Shown: positions 1 through 9,288 of the stretch, piece after piece | How positions within the stretch are numbered: position 1 is the stretch's first letter | How the letters are laid out: each line of letters starts with the position of its first letter | From: Clostridiales bacterium UBA6468 | GTDB taxonomy: Bacteria > Bacillota > Clostridia > Oscillospirales > Oscillospiraceae | Direction: 5' to 3' | Length of the DNA stretch: 49,283 bases | Assembly: GCA_002436765.1 (NCBI GenBank) | Contig: DJNI01000032.1 | Location: 4,546 to 53,828 of the forward strand | Notes under the pieces: model-generated | The model's input: the letters and a program-made list of their open reading frames with translations, nothing else | Told to the model about the DNA's origin: nothing | Databases searched by the model: none | Program-made: the position numbers and the translations under genes

Positions 1-359
1 TGGTCAATGCCCTCGTAATGGCCGCAGACCAGGATCAGATTGTCCAGCTTGCTCAGACGGATGGCGTCCGCCTGACGGAAGGTATGCCCGCAGGGGGACA
101 GATAGACGGTATGCACCGCACCCCCGGCCTCGTCGCACACCGCCTCCCAGCAGCGGTACAAGGGATCGGCCTGCATGATGGCGCCCCGCCCGCCGCCGTA
201 AGGATAGTCATCCACCTGATTCTGTTTGTTTGCGGTGTAGTCCCGGATCTGGTGGGCTTCGATGGAAATATACCCCCGCTCCTGGGCGCGTCCCAGAATG
301 CTCTCGGAAAGCACGTCCCCCAGGGTGTCGGGAAAGAGCGTCAGAATGTCAATCCTCAT
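1..359 (-). CDS. trmD: tRNA (guanine-N1)-methyltransferase, 5' part (runs off window)
   Basis: Minus strand from ATG at 359 reads MRIDILTLFPDTLGDVLSESILGRAQERG... and near the window edge ILVCGHYEGID. It overlaps the rimM stop, in the canonical rpsP-khpA-rimM-trmD order. Confidence 0.95.
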   Translation of the reverse strand, partial: MRIDILTLFPDTLGDVLSESILGRAQERGYISIEAHQIRDYTANKQNQVDDYPYGGGRGAIMQADPLYRCWEAVCDEAGGAVHTVYLSPCGHTFRQADAIRLSKLDNLILVCGHYEGID

Positions 360-840
360 CGCTTGCCATTCCCTTCAGCAGCTTCACCTGCATCTGATTT
401 TTTTCCAGGTCGGTGGACAGAATAAATTCCTTCACCGCGGGAATCAGATACTCCCGCTCCCCCTGCACCACGTAGACGCTGTTGCCTGGGTAGTCCAGCA
501 CCTCTTTGATCTCGCCGATACACGCGCCGTCCGCAAAGACCTCCATGTCCACCAGCTCGGAAGCGAAGATCAGCTCGTCGGAAATGTCCTCCCGGTACAG
601 CTCCACGGTTTTCCCCCGAAGCTTCTGGGCGTCCTCCATGGTGTCAACGCCCCGGAGCTTGACTAAGTTGCAGGTCTTCTGCACCCGGACGGAATCCATG
701 ACGTATTCCCTGCCGCTTATCCGACATCGGTCAAATTCGCAGAGCATTTCCGGGCTGTCCAGCCAAGACAGCAGCTTGACCTCTCCCCGGACGCCATGAG
801 TGGTGACGATCTCACCGGCTTCAATATATGGAAGTTTCAT
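349..840 (-). CDS. rimM: 16S rRNA processing protein RimM
   Basis: GEIVTTHGVRGEVK N-terminal motif, PRC-barrel-like C-terminus (EYLIPAV), position between khpA and trmD. Confidence 0.95.
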   Translation of the reverse strand: MKLPYIEAGEIVTTHGVRGEVKLLSWLDSPEMLCEFDRCRISGREYVMDSVRVQKTCNLVKLRGVDTMEDAQKLRGKTVELYREDISDELIFASELVDMEVFADGACIGEIKEVLDYPGNSVYVVQGEREYLIPAVKEFILSTDLEKNQMQVKLLKGMASDED

Positions 841-913
841 CCGATTTCTCCCCTAACTGCTCCCATGAGCAGAATATTTCTTATCAACATCCCGGCAAGC
901 AGCCGGGATAACG

Positions 914-939
914 AAAAATGCGTGACAAATGTCACGCAT
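914..939 (-). terminator. Intrinsic terminator after khpA
   Basis: ATGCGTGACA/TGTCACGCAT inverted repeat followed by a T-tract on the minus strand. Confidence 0.6.
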
Positions 940-945
940 CCTCGT

Positions 946-1176
946 TTAATCCACGATTTCGACCGTGACCTTCTCGCCTGTGCGCTGGGCTACAGTCTTA
1001 ATAATGGTGCGGATCTCCTTGGCGATCCGTCCCTGGCGGCCGATCACCTTGCCCATGTCGCCCTCGGCGACATGCAGCTCCAGCACCTTCCCTTCCTCGT
1101 CCGAGGTTTCGGTTACGGTGACGGCATCAGGATCATCCACCAGATTCTTTGCCATATACAGCAAAAGTTCTTTCAT
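946..1176 (-). CDS. khpA: KH-domain RNA-binding protein KhpA (YlqC)
   Basis: 76 aa, DMGKVIGRQGRIAKEIRT KH motif, directly downstream of rpsP. Confidence 0.93.
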   Translation of the reverse strand: MKELLLYMAKNLVDDPDAVTVTETSDEEGKVLELHVAEGDMGKVIGRQGRIAKEIRTIIKTVAQRTGEKVTVEIVD

Positions 1177-1199
1177 TGCGGAATTCTCCTTTGCGGATC

Positions 1200-1439
1200 T
1201 TACAGCACGCCGGCGTTCTTCAGCAGGCCGCGGACGGTGTCAGTGGGCTGAGCGCCGTTCTTGATCCATGCCTGAGCCTTCTCGGCATCGACGGTGATGG
1301 TAGCGGGCTGGGTCAGAGGATTGTAAGTTCCAATCTCCTCAATGCAGCGGCCATCACGGGGAGAACGGGAGTCAGCGACAACAATCCGGTAATAAGGAGT
1401 CTTCTTCGCGCCCATTCTTCTCAGTCTGATCTTAACCAT
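1200..1439 (-). CDS. rpsP: 30S ribosomal protein S16
   Basis: [30 protein letters not shown] ... GAQPTDTV. Confidence 0.98.
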   Translation of the reverse strand: MVKIRLRRMGAKKTPYYRIVVADSRSPRDGRCIEEIGTYNPLTQPATITVDAEKAQAWIKNGAQPTDTVRGLLKNAGVL

Positions 1440-1522
1440 GAGAGTTTCACCTCCATAAATAATCTCTAAAGTCTATATCGCAAAGCAATTTTGCTTACAG
1501 CGAACGATGATATATACCCGGC

Positions 1523-2872
1523 TCAGAAGCCGGGGAAGCCGCCAAAGCCGCCCATGCGACCCATGCGCTTCATTTTCTTTCCCGCGCCGGGGCCGGAGAA
1601 CTGCTTGATCAGCTTGCGCATCTGCTCAAAGGACTTAAGCAGCCGGTTCACATCCTCTACCTTCAATCCCGCGCCTGCGGCAATGCGCCTTTTCCGGCTG
1701 GCGCCGATGATCTCAGGCTTTTCCCGCTCCTTGGGGGTCATAGACAGGATGATCGCCTCGGTGTGCGCCATGGCTTTTTCGTCCAGCTTGACGCCCTTGA
1801 GATTTCCGCCGCCGGGCATCTGGGCGAGAATTTCCTCCATGGAACCCATGGACTTCATCTGCACCATCTGGTCGTAGAAGTCCTGGAGGGTGAAGCGGTT
1901 GGATTTCAGCTTTTCCTCCATCTCGGCGGCCTTCTTGGCGTCATACGCCTTTTCCGCCTTCTCGATGAGGGTCAGCACATCGCCCATGCCCAGAATGCGG
2001 CTGGCCATCCGGTCGGGATGGAACGGCTCGATGTCCTCCAGCTTTTCGCCGATACCGGCGAATTTGATGGGCTTTCCGGTGATGGCGCGGACGGAAAGCG
2101 CCGCGCCGCCTCTTGCGTCGCCGTCCAGCTTGGACAGCATCACGGAATCGATGTCCAGCCACTCGTTGAAGCTCTGAGCGGCGTTCACCGCGTCCTGACC
2201 GGTCATGGCGTCCACGACCAGCATGATCTCGTCGGGCTTGACGGCGGCCTTGATGTTTTTCAGCTCGTTCATCAGCGCCTCGTCCACATGCAGGCGGCCG
2301 GCGGTGTCCAGAAACACCATGTCGTAGCCGTGCTGACGGGCGTAGAGGACGGCCTCCTTCGCCGTCTGCACCGGATCCTGCGTTCCCTTTTCAAATACGG
2401 GAATGCCAAGTTTTTCGCCGCAGACCTTCAGCTGCTGAATGGCGGCGGGACGATAAATGTCGCAGGCGACCAGCAGCGGGTTCTTCCCCTGCCGCTTCAT
2501 CAGTCCGGCAAGCTTACTGCCGTTGGTGGTTTTACCCGCGCCCTGCAGACCCACCAGCATGACCACCGTCGGGCCGTTGGGATTGATGTTGATATGCTTG
2601 GTGTCGCTGCCCATGAGCTTGCAAAGCTCCTCGTTGACGATCTTCACGATCATCTGGGCAGGGGTCAGGGATTCCAGAACGTCGGCGCCGATGCAGCGCT
2701 CGGTGACAGATTTTGTAAAATCCTTGACCACCTTATAGCTGACGTCCGCTTCCAGCAGCGCCATGCGGATCTCCCGCATAGCCTCCTTCACGTCCGCCTC
2801 TTTCAGACGTCCCTTGCCGCGCAGTTTTTTGAAGGTCGCGGAAATCTTTTCGGTTAAGCCTTCAAATGCCAT
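1523..2872 (-). CDS. ffh: Signal recognition particle protein Ffh
   Basis: GLQGAGKTT, DTAGR, SKLDGDARGG GTPase motifs and a Met-rich M domain (SRKRRIAAGAG). Confidence 0.98.
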   Translation of the reverse strand: MAFEGLTEKISATFKKLRGKGRLKEADVKEAMREIRMALLEADVSYKVVKDFTKSVTERCIGADVLESLTPAQMIVKIVNEELCKLMGSDTKHININPNGPTVVMLVGLQGAGKTTNGSKLAGLMKRQGKNPLLVACDIYRPAAIQQLKVCGEKLGIPVFEKGTQDPVQTAKEAVLYARQHGYDMVFLDTAGRLHVDEALMNELKNIKAAVKPDEIMLVVDAMTGQDAVNAAQSFNEWLDIDSVMLSKLDGDARGGAALSVRAITGKPIKFAGIGEKLEDIEPFHPDRMASRILGMGDVLTLIEKAEKAYDAKKAAEMEEKLKSNRFTLQDFYDQMVQMKSMGSMEEILAQMPGGGNLKGVKLDEKAMAHTEAIILSMTPKEREKPEIIGASRKRRIAAGAGLKVEDVNRLLKSFEQMRKLIKQFSGPGAGKKMKRMGRMGGFGGFPGF

Positions 2873-2875
2873 ACT

Positions 2876-3220
2876 TTACTCCTCAAAGTTCTGAGCAGCG
2901 TCGATGATCTCCCCTGCCAGCGCTGAAACGGTTCCATCCGGGTATGTTTTCAGGCGTTCCGCCGCGTCCAGGATCGTCCGCAGTGCGTTCCGGTTCTTAA
3001 GATCCCGACCGACGCAGCCGATGCTATCCTCCATTTTCCGGAGAAGCGCCTCCGTCCGCGTCAGGTTGTCGCATACGGCCTGACGGCTCACGCCCATCAC
3101 CTGTGCGATCTCGCCCAGGGAAAGATCCTGATTATAGCGCAGGTCATAGCATTGCCTCTGTTTGCCCGTCAGCAGTCCACCGTAATAGTCATACAGAAGC
3201 GACATCTCCAGCGCGTCCAT
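2876..3220 (-). CDS. ylxM: YlxM/UPF0122 HTH protein
   Basis: LLYDYYGGLLTGKQ...DLSLGEIAQVMGVSRQAV; directly upstream of ffh. Confidence 0.92.
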   Translation of the reverse strand: MDALEMSLLYDYYGGLLTGKQRQCYDLRYNQDLSLGEIAQVMGVSRQAVCDNLTRTEALLRKMEDSIGCVGRDLKNRNALRTILDAAERLKTYPDGTVSALAGEIIDAAQNFEE

Positions 3221-3233
3221 TCAGAACCTCCCG

Positions 3234-3307
3234 TGTCAAGTACATTTCCTTGACTGTCGGGCATTATAGCACAGACTTCCCCGCCTGTCAAGTATTTTTC
3301 CTGTACA
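3234..3307. promoter_or_regulatory. Two TGTCAAG-N8-CT(T/G)(G/T)AC(T/A) palindromic operator-like sites
   Basis: 3234-3255 TGTCAAG-tacatttc-CTTGACT and 3286-3307 TGTCAAG-tatttttc-CTGTACA, starting 52 bp apart. Confidence 0.6.
3263..3291 (-). promoter_or_regulatory. SigA promoter of the ylxM-ffh operon
   Basis: Perfect TTGACA-17 nt-TATAAT on the minus strand, with TG extended -10. Confidence 0.85.
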
Positions 3308-3314
3308 GTTTTCG

Positions 3315-3959
3315 CTACCCCACCCGATACCAGCGCACCTTCTCCGCCGTGGGCAGAAAGCCCAGCTTTTCATACAGGCGGATGGCTCTTAAATTGGTGG
3401 ACGCGACCTCCAGCGTCATTCCCGCGCCCTCCACCAGGGACATGAGGGTGTGCATCACCCGCTCCCCTGCCCCCGGCTTTACGGAACAGACTGCCAGAAG
3501 TTCGGCGTCCTTCATCCAGCCGATGCCGAGAAGTTCCCCGGCGCTGTGGACAAAATACGCGCCGCCGGATTCCAGAATTTTCTTTTCATCCCCGGCGGTC
3601 TGGGTGGCGGCGCAGTCAACGAAGCGCATCCGCTCGTTGCAGAGCTTCCGCCAGGTTTCCGCCGTGGCTTCCGTCACCGGAAAAATGTTTTCCAGCAGCG
3701 CCGTATCCACCCACGCCTTGCCCCGCATTTCGTAAACGGCGGCGTGGAGCGGATACCGCGCCAGTTCTTCATGACCCTGGGCATAGACTTTTTCCGCCCC
3801 CGCCATGCGGCAGAAGGAAACGCACTCGGCCAAAAAGGGCGCAAACCGCCCCGGCTGCACGTCCCGGATGCGGATATAGGCTTCCTGCCGGTAGGGTATT
3901 TCCTTTAAAATCAGGCTGGCAACACCGTCGTCCGTAGCAAAGCACGGAAAGTCCTTCAT
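3315..3959 (-). CDS. GNAT family N-acetyltransferase
   Basis: C-terminal LEVASTNLRAIRLYEKLGF GNAT motif. Start set at MKDFPCF (3959), behind a GGAGG RBS. Confidence 0.8.
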   Translation of the reverse strand: MKDFPCFATDDGVASLILKEIPYRQEAYIRIRDVQPGRFAPFLAECVSFCRMAGAEKVYAQGHEELARYPLHAAVYEMRGKAWVDTALLENIFPVTEATAETWRKLCNERMRFVDCAATQTAGDEKKILESGGAYFVHSAGELLGIGWMKDAELLAVCSVKPGAGERVMHTLMSLVEGAGMTLEVASTNLRAIRLYEKLGFLPTAEKVRWYRVG

Positions 3960-4211
3960 TCCTCCGCCTCCCTTTTTTCGTCCCATTATACCACCGAAGC
4001 AGGCCATGAGCAAGCAGGAAGCGTTTCCGGAACCCGGAAAATTTATTGTGCATTTTGCATATAGAAAAACGCTTTTACCGTATTAAAAAAACGTTATACC
4101 TTCCAATCTTTTTGCAAAAGTTGTAACTTATTGGAATAAGCACTTGATTTCTGGACAAAAAACTGTATAATGCAAACCGTATGGAATTCAGCAGTAAAGG
4201 AGGTTCGTTCC

Positions 4212-4442
4212 ATGAAGAAGGTCATCCGCAAGAAAACATACGACACCGAGACCGCGACGCTGATCAAGACTTATTCCTACAGCCGGTTGGGCGATCCCGC
4301 CGGTTACGAGGAAGATCTGTACCAGACGCCCGAGGGTCTGTACTTCCTGCACGTAGGCGGCGGAGAGACTTCCATCTACCCTTCCGAGGATATTGTCCAC
4401 CTGGCAAAGGCCAAGGTCAAGGACTGGATGGAGAAGCACTGA
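4212..4442 (+). CDS. Small hypothetical protein (MKKVIRKKTYDTETA...)
   Basis: AAAGGAGG RBS, TTGATT-16-TATAAT promoter at 4144-4171, host-like codon usage. Confidence 0.8.
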   Translation: MKKVIRKKTYDTETATLIKTYSYSRLGDPAGYEEDLYQTPEGLYFLHVGGGETSIYPSEDIVHLAKAKVKDWMEKH

Positions 4443-4610
4443 TGCTATTTCCTGATTAAAATCCTTGATTTTAATCAGGAAGGCATCGCCTGACGGCGCT
4501 GCCGGTTTTGTGATTTATAAGGAAAGAAATCACAAAACAAGTCTCATATGAACTCCACGCCCTTCGGGCAATTAAAATCTTTTCTAAAGATTTTAATTGG
4601 AGTTCAGTAT
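4442..4610. repeat. Multi-hairpin intergenic element (REP/MITE-like or structured RNA)
   Basis: Perfect inverted repeats at 4449-4481 (15 bp arms), 4505-4538 (12 bp) and 4570-4598 (13 bp, enclosed by TGAACTCC/GGAGTTCA). Confidence 0.6.
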
Positions 4611-4630
4611 AGCGCGATACATACCGATGG

Positions 4631-4658
4631 GGAGCCTGTGAAAACAGGCTCCTTTTTT
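4631..4658 (+). terminator. Intrinsic terminator
   Basis: GGAGCCTGT-GAAA-ACAGGCTCC followed by TTTTTT. Confidence 0.8.
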
Positions 4659-4710
4659 CTTGACAAGGATGATATGATGGAAGAAAATGAACTTTAAATG
4701 GTGAACGTCA

Positions 4711-5583
4711 ATGCGAAAACGTTATTTACTTCCGGTTCTGTTGCTGCTGATGCTGCTCAGCGGCTGCCGGTCTCAGGCGCAGCCGGCGCAGATCGCCGCT
4801 ACGACCCTGCCCGTGTACGAATTTACCTCCCGGCTTTGCGAGGGTACCCCCCTCACCGTCACCCGGCTGGTGACGGAAAGTGTGTCCTGCCTGCATGACT
4901 ACTCCCTGAACGTCCGCCAGGTGAAGGCGGCGAAGGCCGCCCAGGTCGTGGTCATCTCCGGCGCGGGGCTGGAGGATTTTCTGGACGGCATTCTGGATGA
5001 TTCGGATATCGTCGATTCTTCCGAGGGCATCCCCCTTCTGCATATGGAAGAAGAACACGACCACGGTCACGAAGATCACAGCCACGAGGACGACCCCCAC
5101 ATCTGGCTCTCCCCGGAAAACGCCAAGATCATGGCCGGGAACATCTGCGCGGGGCTTTCCCAGAGGTATCCGGAATACGCGGACACATTTTCCGCCAATC
5201 TGGACGGCCTGCTTTCTGATCTGGACGCGCTGCAGAGCTATGGAGAATCCAGCCTGTCCGGCCTTACCTGTCGGAATCTCGTAACCTTCCATGACGGCTT
5301 TTCCTACTTTGCTCAGGCGTTCGATCTGACCATTCTGGAAGCGATAGAGGAAGAATCCGGCAGCGAGGCGTCTGCCAAGGAGCTGAAACACCTGATCGGC
5401 ATTGTCCGGGAGCATGATCTGCCTGCGATTTTCACCGAGCGCAACGGAAGCACCTCCGCCGCCGAGGTCATTTCCCGGGAAACCGGCGTGGCCGTTTATT
5501 CCCTGGACATGGCCATGGCCGGCGACAGCTACTTTGACGCCATGTACCGCAACATCGACACCATCAAGGAGGCATTGGGATGA
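4711..5583 (+). CDS. Zn/Mn ABC transporter substrate-binding lipoprotein (ZnuA-like)
   Basis: Lipobox LSGC, His/acidic loop EEHDHGHEDHSHEDDPHIWLSP, TFHDGFSYF. Confidence 0.9.
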   Translation: MRKRYLLPVLLLLMLLSGCRSQAQPAQIAATTLPVYEFTSRLCEGTPLTVTRLVTESVSCLHDYSLNVRQVKAAKAAQVVVISGAGLEDFLDGILDDSDIVDSSEGIPLLHMEEEHDHGHEDHSHEDDPHIWLSPENAKIMAGNICAGLSQRYPEYADTFSANLDGLLSDLDALQSYGESSLSGLTCRNLVTFHDGFSYFAQAFDLTILEAIEEESGSEASAKELKHLIGIVREHDLPAIFTERNGSTSAAEVISRETGVAVYSLDMAMAGDSYFDAMYRNIDTIKEALG

Positions 5584-6332
5584 ATCCATCACATCACGGC
5601 GGTTCCTGCGGCCATTCCTGCTGCCTTCGGGTAGAGAATTTGTCCGTAAAAATCGGAACCGACTGCATTCTGAAGGACGTGAACCTTCACGTCCACTGCG
5701 GCCAGATGGTCGCCATTATCGGCCCAAACGGCGCGGGCAAATCCACCTTCCTGAAGGCCATCCTGGGTCAGCGGGAATATGAGGGCGTGATCGCCTTCTC
5801 CGAGCCGGGGCAGCGGAGCAAAAAGCCCCGCATCGGCTACGTACCCCAGAGTCCTGCATTTGACCCCAGTGACCCGGTCAGCGTTTCCGACCTGTTCGCC
5901 TGCTGCATGAGCCGCCGCCCTGCCTTCCTGGGCCTCGGCAAGGCCATGAAGGACACGGTGGCCGAGTGCCTTTCCCGGGTACACGGGGAGGAACTGATCA
6001 ACAAGCGGGTGGGGACCCTCTCCGGCGGCGAATTGCAGCGGGTGCTGCTGGCGCTGGCGCTGGAGCCCATCCCCAACATTCTCATTCTGGACGAGCCGCT
6101 TTCCGGCGTGGACGTGGAGGGCATGGGGACGTTGATGGATATGCTGGACGAGATCCGCAAGAATTACGACCTGTCCATCCTGATGACCACCCACGATTTT
6201 TCCCTGCTGCCCCGGTACGCCGATCAGGTGGTACTCATTGACCATGGCGTTCTGATCCAGGGCGACCCGCAGACCGTGCTGGATTCCGAGGAATTCCACC
6301 GCACCTTCCACATGAAAGGAGGCCGCGCATGA
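5580..6332 (+). CDS. Metal ABC transporter ATP-binding protein (ZnuC-like)
   Basis: Walker A GPNGAGKS, signature LSGGELQR, Walker B ILDEP. Confidence 0.93.
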   Translation: MNPSHHGGSCGHSCCLRVENLSVKIGTDCILKDVNLHVHCGQMVAIIGPNGAGKSTFLKAILGQREYEGVIAFSEPGQRSKKPRIGYVPQSPAFDPSDPVSVSDLFACCMSRRPAFLGLGKAMKDTVAECLSRVHGEELINKRVGTLSGGELQRVLLALALEPIPNILILDEPLSGVDVEGMGTLMDMLDEIRKNYDLSILMTTHDFSLLPRYADQVVLIDHGVLIQGDPQTVLDSEEFHRTFHMKGGRA

Positions 6333-7168
6333 GCATCTGGTACGCATTTTGGGACGCCCTTCCCTTTGAAATGCTCCACTGGGACTTTATGAAAAACGCC
6401 CTTCTGGCGCTGCTGCTCATGGCGCCGCTGTTCGGTATTCTCTCCACCATGATCGTCACCGGGCGCATGAGCTTTTTCTCCGACGCGCTGGGACATTCCG
6501 CCTTTACGGGCATCGCCATCGGCATTATCTGCGGCGCGGCCGCCCCTATCTGGGCGGCGGTCGCTTTCAGCGTGGTGTTTGCCCTGCTGTTTTCCTTCGT
6601 CCGCAGCCGCTCCAATCAGGCGGCGGATACCCTCATCGGCGTGTTTTCCAGCTCCGCCGTGGCTCTGGGCATTTTCGTCGCCACCGTGGGCGGCGGCAGC
6701 TTTACCCGGTACAATAAGTATCTCATCGGCGACATTCTCTCCGTCACGCCGGGGGAGATCGGGATGCTGGCGCTGGTGCTGCTGGCGGTGATCGTTTTCT
6801 GGATTTTCTACAGCAACCGCCTGACCCTCACCGCCATTCATCCTCAGCTGGCGTCCTCCCGGGGCATTCCCGTGGGGCTTTCCCAGACGCTGTTCACCGC
6901 CGCCATTGCGGTGGTGGTAACACTGTCCATTTCCAGCGTTGGTCTGCTGATCCTCAATTCCCTGCTGGTGCTGCCCGGCGCTTCCGCCCGGAACGTCGCC
7001 CGGAATTTGCGGCAGTACCACGGTTTTTCCGTGCTGTTCGCATTTCTCGCCGGGGTTACCGGGCTGACGGTTTCCTACTATTCCGGCTGCTCCGCGGGCG
7101 CGGCCATCAGTCTGGGGCTTGCCTCGGTTTTCGCAGTCACCTTCTGCTTGAGAAAGGTCAGAGCGTAA
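6329..7168 (+). CDS. Metal ABC transporter permease (ZnuB-like)
   Basis: MSFFSDALGHSAFTGIA motif, multiple TM segments, overlaps the ATPase stop. Confidence 0.92.
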   Translation: MSIWYAFWDALPFEMLHWDFMKNALLALLLMAPLFGILSTMIVTGRMSFFSDALGHSAFTGIAIGIICGAAAPIWAAVAFSVVFALLFSFVRSRSNQAADTLIGVFSSSAVALGIFVATVGGGSFTRYNKYLIGDILSVTPGEIGMLALVLLAVIVFWIFYSNRLTLTAIHPQLASSRGIPVGLSQTLFTAAIAVVVTLSISSVGLLILNSLLVLPGASARNVARNLRQYHGFSVLFAFLAGVTGLTVSYYSGCSAGAAISLGLASVFAVTFCLRKVRA

Positions 7169-7854
7169 TGGATACGGTCAATATTCGCATCATCGCCCGG
7201 ATGCACAGCGATTTTGCCACCAAATTCGGCATTCCAAGGCAGAGCGGGCTGGTGGAAGCTCTCCGCTCCACCATCGTCTTCGAGCCGGAATTTCGCAATG
7301 CCGACGCTCTGCGGGGCATCGAGGATTTTTCCCACCTGTGGCTTATCTGGCAGTTTTCCGAGGCCGTCCGGCAGGGCTGGTCGCCCACCGTGCGCCCGCC
7401 CCGGCTGGGGGGAAACACCCGGATGGGGGTCTTTGCTACCCGCTCCCCCTTCCGCCCCAACAATCTGGGGCTGTCCAGCGTCCGCCTTCTGGGCGTGGAG
7501 CAGACCCGGGAATATGGCACGGTTCTGCATGTGGGCGGCGCGGATCTGATGGACGGCACACCGATTTTTGACATCAAGCCCTACATTCCCTACGGCGACT
7601 GCCACCCGGACGCCACCGGCGGCTTCACGGACACAGCCGGAGATTTCCTGCTGAACGTCAGTTTCCCTCCTGCGCTTCTGTCCCTGCTCCCGGAGGACAA
7701 GCGGGACGCTGCCATCGGCGTTCTGTCCCACGACCCACGTCCCTCCTATCAGCGAAGCCCGGGGCGCGTCTACGGCCTGTCCTTCGCCGGGTACGACATC
7801 CGCTTCACCGTGGAGGAAAACATTCTGACCGTGAGGGAAGTTCTGAAAAAATGA
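7168..7854 (+). CDS. tsaA: tRNA m6t6A37 methyltransferase TrmO/TsaA
   Basis: KFGIPRQSG, TVRPPRLGGN, GVFATRSPFRPN, DGTPIFDIKPY, DPRPSY motifs. Confidence 0.93.
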   Translation: MDTVNIRIIARMHSDFATKFGIPRQSGLVEALRSTIVFEPEFRNADALRGIEDFSHLWLIWQFSEAVRQGWSPTVRPPRLGGNTRMGVFATRSPFRPNNLGLSSVRLLGVEQTREYGTVLHVGGADLMDGTPIFDIKPYIPYGDCHPDATGGFTDTAGDFLLNVSFPPALLSLLPEDKRDAAIGVLSHDPRPSYQRSPGRVYGLSFAGYDIRFTVEENILTVREVLKK

Positions 7855-8090
7855 CAACATCCCGGCGCGAATGCTCCCGCATGAAAAAGTGCAATTTGAT
7901 AAATGGCAGCCCGCGATTCCAGTTGCCGGATACAGCTATTTCAATGACTGTATCCGGCAAATTTGTTGGGATTAGAAGAAAAATCGTATGCAACACATGA
8001 TTGCAACCACCCGTTGCGGAAAAGAAACCGTATTTTGGTGGTATGCTGTCGGTAAAGACTGTATACTGACAGCGAAAGGAGGAACACATA

Positions 8091-8834
8091 ATGACTTTTG
8101 GCGAGAAAATACAAAAATTGAGAAAGGAGGCCGGACTATCTCAGGAGGAACTCTCTTACCAGTTGGGGGTATCCAGACAAGCAATCAGCAAATGGGAGCG
8201 TGATAACGGATATCCCGAAACTGAAAAAATTGTCCGAATGAGTAAATTATTTCATGTGTCTTTGGACTATCTTCTCAATGAAGAAGATACGAAAAAGCCG
8301 GAGATCAGTCCGGACGAAAAAGGCATCTATGTCAGTCGGGAAATGACAGACGGATTTCTAGCATACCAAAAAAGAAAAATGATAAAAGTCGGTGCTGCTA
8401 TTGGCTTGTTTGTTGGCGGTGTATCTCTTTCTTTTTGGGATGCTGAAATGAGTATGATACTGTTCATGGCAGTTGTCATTTTCGGGATCGTCCTTTTGTT
8501 CTCTGTAAAGCTGGCAGATAATCCATATAGAAAACTCTGGGAAGAACCGCTGCTGTTTGACAAGACTGTAAAGGCAGAATTAAATGCAGCATACGCAGAG
8601 AAAAAGAAATTCCTGCAACTATTCAACTTGATCGGAATTGCTTTCATTGCATTGGGATTTTTGCTTTTCCCCTTAATTGCTTCGGAGGAATTGCTTTTTC
8701 GCGATACGATTGCATTAGCGGCGGGAATGATCGTTGCAGGCGTTGGAACATTTTTGTGCATTTATATGTCTGGCCTTATTCGTGCCTATCGGCTATTGGT
8801 TATGAATGAAGCATATCAGCAGAAAGGAAAGTGA
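8091..8834 (+). CDS. XRE-family HTH regulator with about 4 C-terminal TM helices
   Basis: LSQEELSYQLGVSRQAISKWE HTH, hydrophobic C-terminus, AAAGGAGG RBS; AT-rich. Confidence 0.88.
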   Translation: MTFGEKIQKLRKEAGLSQEELSYQLGVSRQAISKWERDNGYPETEKIVRMSKLFHVSLDYLLNEEDTKKPEISPDEKGIYVSREMTDGFLAYQKRKMIKVGAAIGLFVGGVSLSFWDAEMSMILFMAVVIFGIVLLFSVKLADNPYRKLWEEPLLFDKTVKAELNAAYAEKKKFLQLFNLIGIAFIALGFLLFPLIASEELLFRDTIALAAGMIVAGVGTFLCIYMSGLIRAYRLLVMNEAYQQKGK

Positions 8835-8841
8835 GAATATT

Positions 8842-9288
8842 ATGAAAAAAATCCTGATTGCATTCGTGGCAATACTTACACTTCTTTGCGGCTGCCAAGC
8901 GGGCAAAAATACAAATGCTGCCGATTATGGGGATGCTATTTCAAGGACGCAGGAAATCGCGGTTATCTCTCCTGATACGGCAGAAGTTATTGACACGATT
9001 ACAGATGCAAAAGAAATAGAGAATTTCGTTTCGGCACTGAATGTTGACCAATGGGAATTAAAACCGCTGCCAGATGAAGCGTCTGAAATCGGTGTTTTTG
9101 GATTAGCACAAGAGAAAACAATCAGACTGGGACAGACCGATACCGATGGAACACTTTATGATGTTGCCACTATCACACTATACAATGGTTCTTACATTGG
9201 CATTGAGATTTGCGGTTTAGACGGTTTGGATATGACTTTTGCGGTGAGTGAAGATACGGCAGATTATCTGGACGGATATTTTGAATAA
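8842..9288 (+). CDS. Hypothetical lipoprotein
   Basis: MKKILIAFVAILTLLCGC lipoprotein signal; AT-rich; follows the XRE gene by 7 nt. Confidence 0.8.
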   Translation: MKKILIAFVAILTLLCGCQAGKNTNAADYGDAISRTQEIAVISPDTAEVIDTITDAKEIENFVSALNVDQWELKPLPDEASEIGVFGLAQEKTIRLGQTDTDGTLYDVATITLYNGSYIGIEICGLDGLDMTFAVSEDTADYLDGYFE

